A stretch of DNA of 61,537 bases, filler included, from Circinaria calcarea (taxonomy: Eukaryota): NCBI GenBank assembly GCA_051942165.1. It is 6 parts of 6 records of this genome, joined end to end, with 100 filler letters (N's around TTAATTAATTAA, not from the genome) between each part and the next. Parts side by side here need not be neighbours in the genome. Positions count along the whole stretch, not along the records: positions 51,374 to 61,537 come from JAVECS010000838.1; 5 more parts are not named here. One strand, 5' to 3'. The position numbers and the translations under genes were made by a program. How positions within the stretch are numbered: position 1 is the stretch's first letter; every line of letters begins with the position of its first letter. Shown one piece after another: positions 60,338 through 61,537 of this stretch. The notes beneath the pieces were generated by a model. That model ran no database searches and was not told the origin of the DNA. It saw only the letters and a list, made by a program, of their open reading frames with translations.

Positions 60338-61537
60338 CCTATCCGTCGATTCAGGTGTTCGGTTCTCCTGGTGTAACCAATGAGGACCAGGCAATGTGGT
60401 CAGAGAAGTCGTTATGGTTAAGAGGAGATTATCAATATGGCGGACTCGTTACACGAAGTCGATGGCGCAGGTTTCCGGCTTGCTGTTACGGATCTATGCA
60501 CCCTGCCAAGGCTCTCAGGTCCGGACGAACACCTAAGGCTGTAGGTGTTCGTGATCGGAACGCTATGTTGGCCAACCTGACAAACCCCGTGTGGGGAGAG
60601 GTATGACGAGGGCGGGAAGGTTTGGTGGAGCCGTTGGGCGGAGCAGTTGGGCCCGCTGGATAGCCGTAGCGTTCGTCAAAGCCTTCCCCAGACAAAGCTC
60701 GGGATGGCTGGCTGTGGTGATGTGAGAGTTTGCGCGAGGACAGTCTTATTTGCGCGGAGCGCGAAGTGTCTGAATGCCGGGTCAGCAGATCGATCACACG
60801 TGAATGACACTGTGTTATGCAAAGATGCGCGTGGTGTTGATTGCTTTGGACTGAACGTTGACTCTGGCCGTCTCCATTCCGGACAGCCATGCACCTCCAC
60901 CCATCGTCCCATTGCGATCGGCCCAGGGTAATTCTCCCAGACGGGCCACAAGCAGATTGATAGACATTGGGGGGTCAGATGGCTCGATCATGCCCAAGAC
61001 ATCCAGATAAGCTTTCCGTCGGGTCAATTCCATCTGCATCAAAGGTTCTGTTCTCGCTGGGATGGACGACGATGGGGGGTGGATGTGTACGAAGGGGGAC
61101 GGGAGATCAACAGGTTGCGCGACCGCGACAGGGGGGTCAGATGACCTGGGCGAAAGGAACAAGGAGGACGACCGCTCACCTGACTTGTCACCTGAGAAAT
61201 CATGCGTAATTTTCTCTCGATATCAGGGCTTTACTGCCGGTCAATGATTGCGGGAGAAGGGAGTTGACCGAAGGCAGGATTGATTGATTGACGGGTCGGC
61301 GATGGGATGACGGGCAGAGGAGCAGAGAGATCGGAGAAAGGCAAATGACATCGAGGACCTTTTGAGATTGTGGGGCGGTCATTGAGGAATTAAAAGGAAG
61401 CGCACGCTGATTCTGCGTACTCCGGACGCAGCTTAGGCCGTTCTGCTTTCCCAGGTCACATGCCAATCAATGCCCTTAGTCACATGGTGCGGGGTTTCGC
61501 GGATTCTTTTGGGAAAATCAATCATTGGTGTGGCTGC

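Overview
Eukaryotic DNA from a filamentous ascomycete (Pezizomycotina), with short GT-AG introns and CTAAC/CTGAC branch points. It is not one locus. Six contigs of about 10.2 kb (1-10183, 10284-20460, 20561-30736, 30837-41009, 41110-51273, 51374-61537) are joined in descending length order by an artificial 100-nt linker (44 N + TTAATTAATTAA + 44 N), so neighbourhoods only mean something within a contig. Recognisable genes: a CmcJ/AsaB-type oxidoreductase, a HET-domain protein, a secreted aldose 1-epimerase, an AT-hook protein, a caspase-like protease, a DUF6594 membrane protein, an alpha/beta hydrolase, an Rtc3/SBDS-like protein, polynucleotide kinase-phosphatase, a GST-like protein, a glycosyltransferase-like protein, a Rer2-type cis-prenyltransferase, an LRR protein, an O-methyltransferase, a Rup1-like UBA/UIM protein and a Cbf1-type bHLH factor. 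The best candidate for a new system is a co-oriented three-gene unit in contig 2: a tail-anchored caspase-like protease, a small three-exon beta-barrel protein and a DUF6594 multi-TM protein. Its layout resembles fungal protease-effector cell-death gene clusters. Also present are a 150-bp MITE-like foldback, a hairpin in a divergent promoter, a diverged direct repeat, and two accessory-like regions of orphan genes, gene fragments and possible RIP-type stop codons. All calls were made by eye; no database searches were run.
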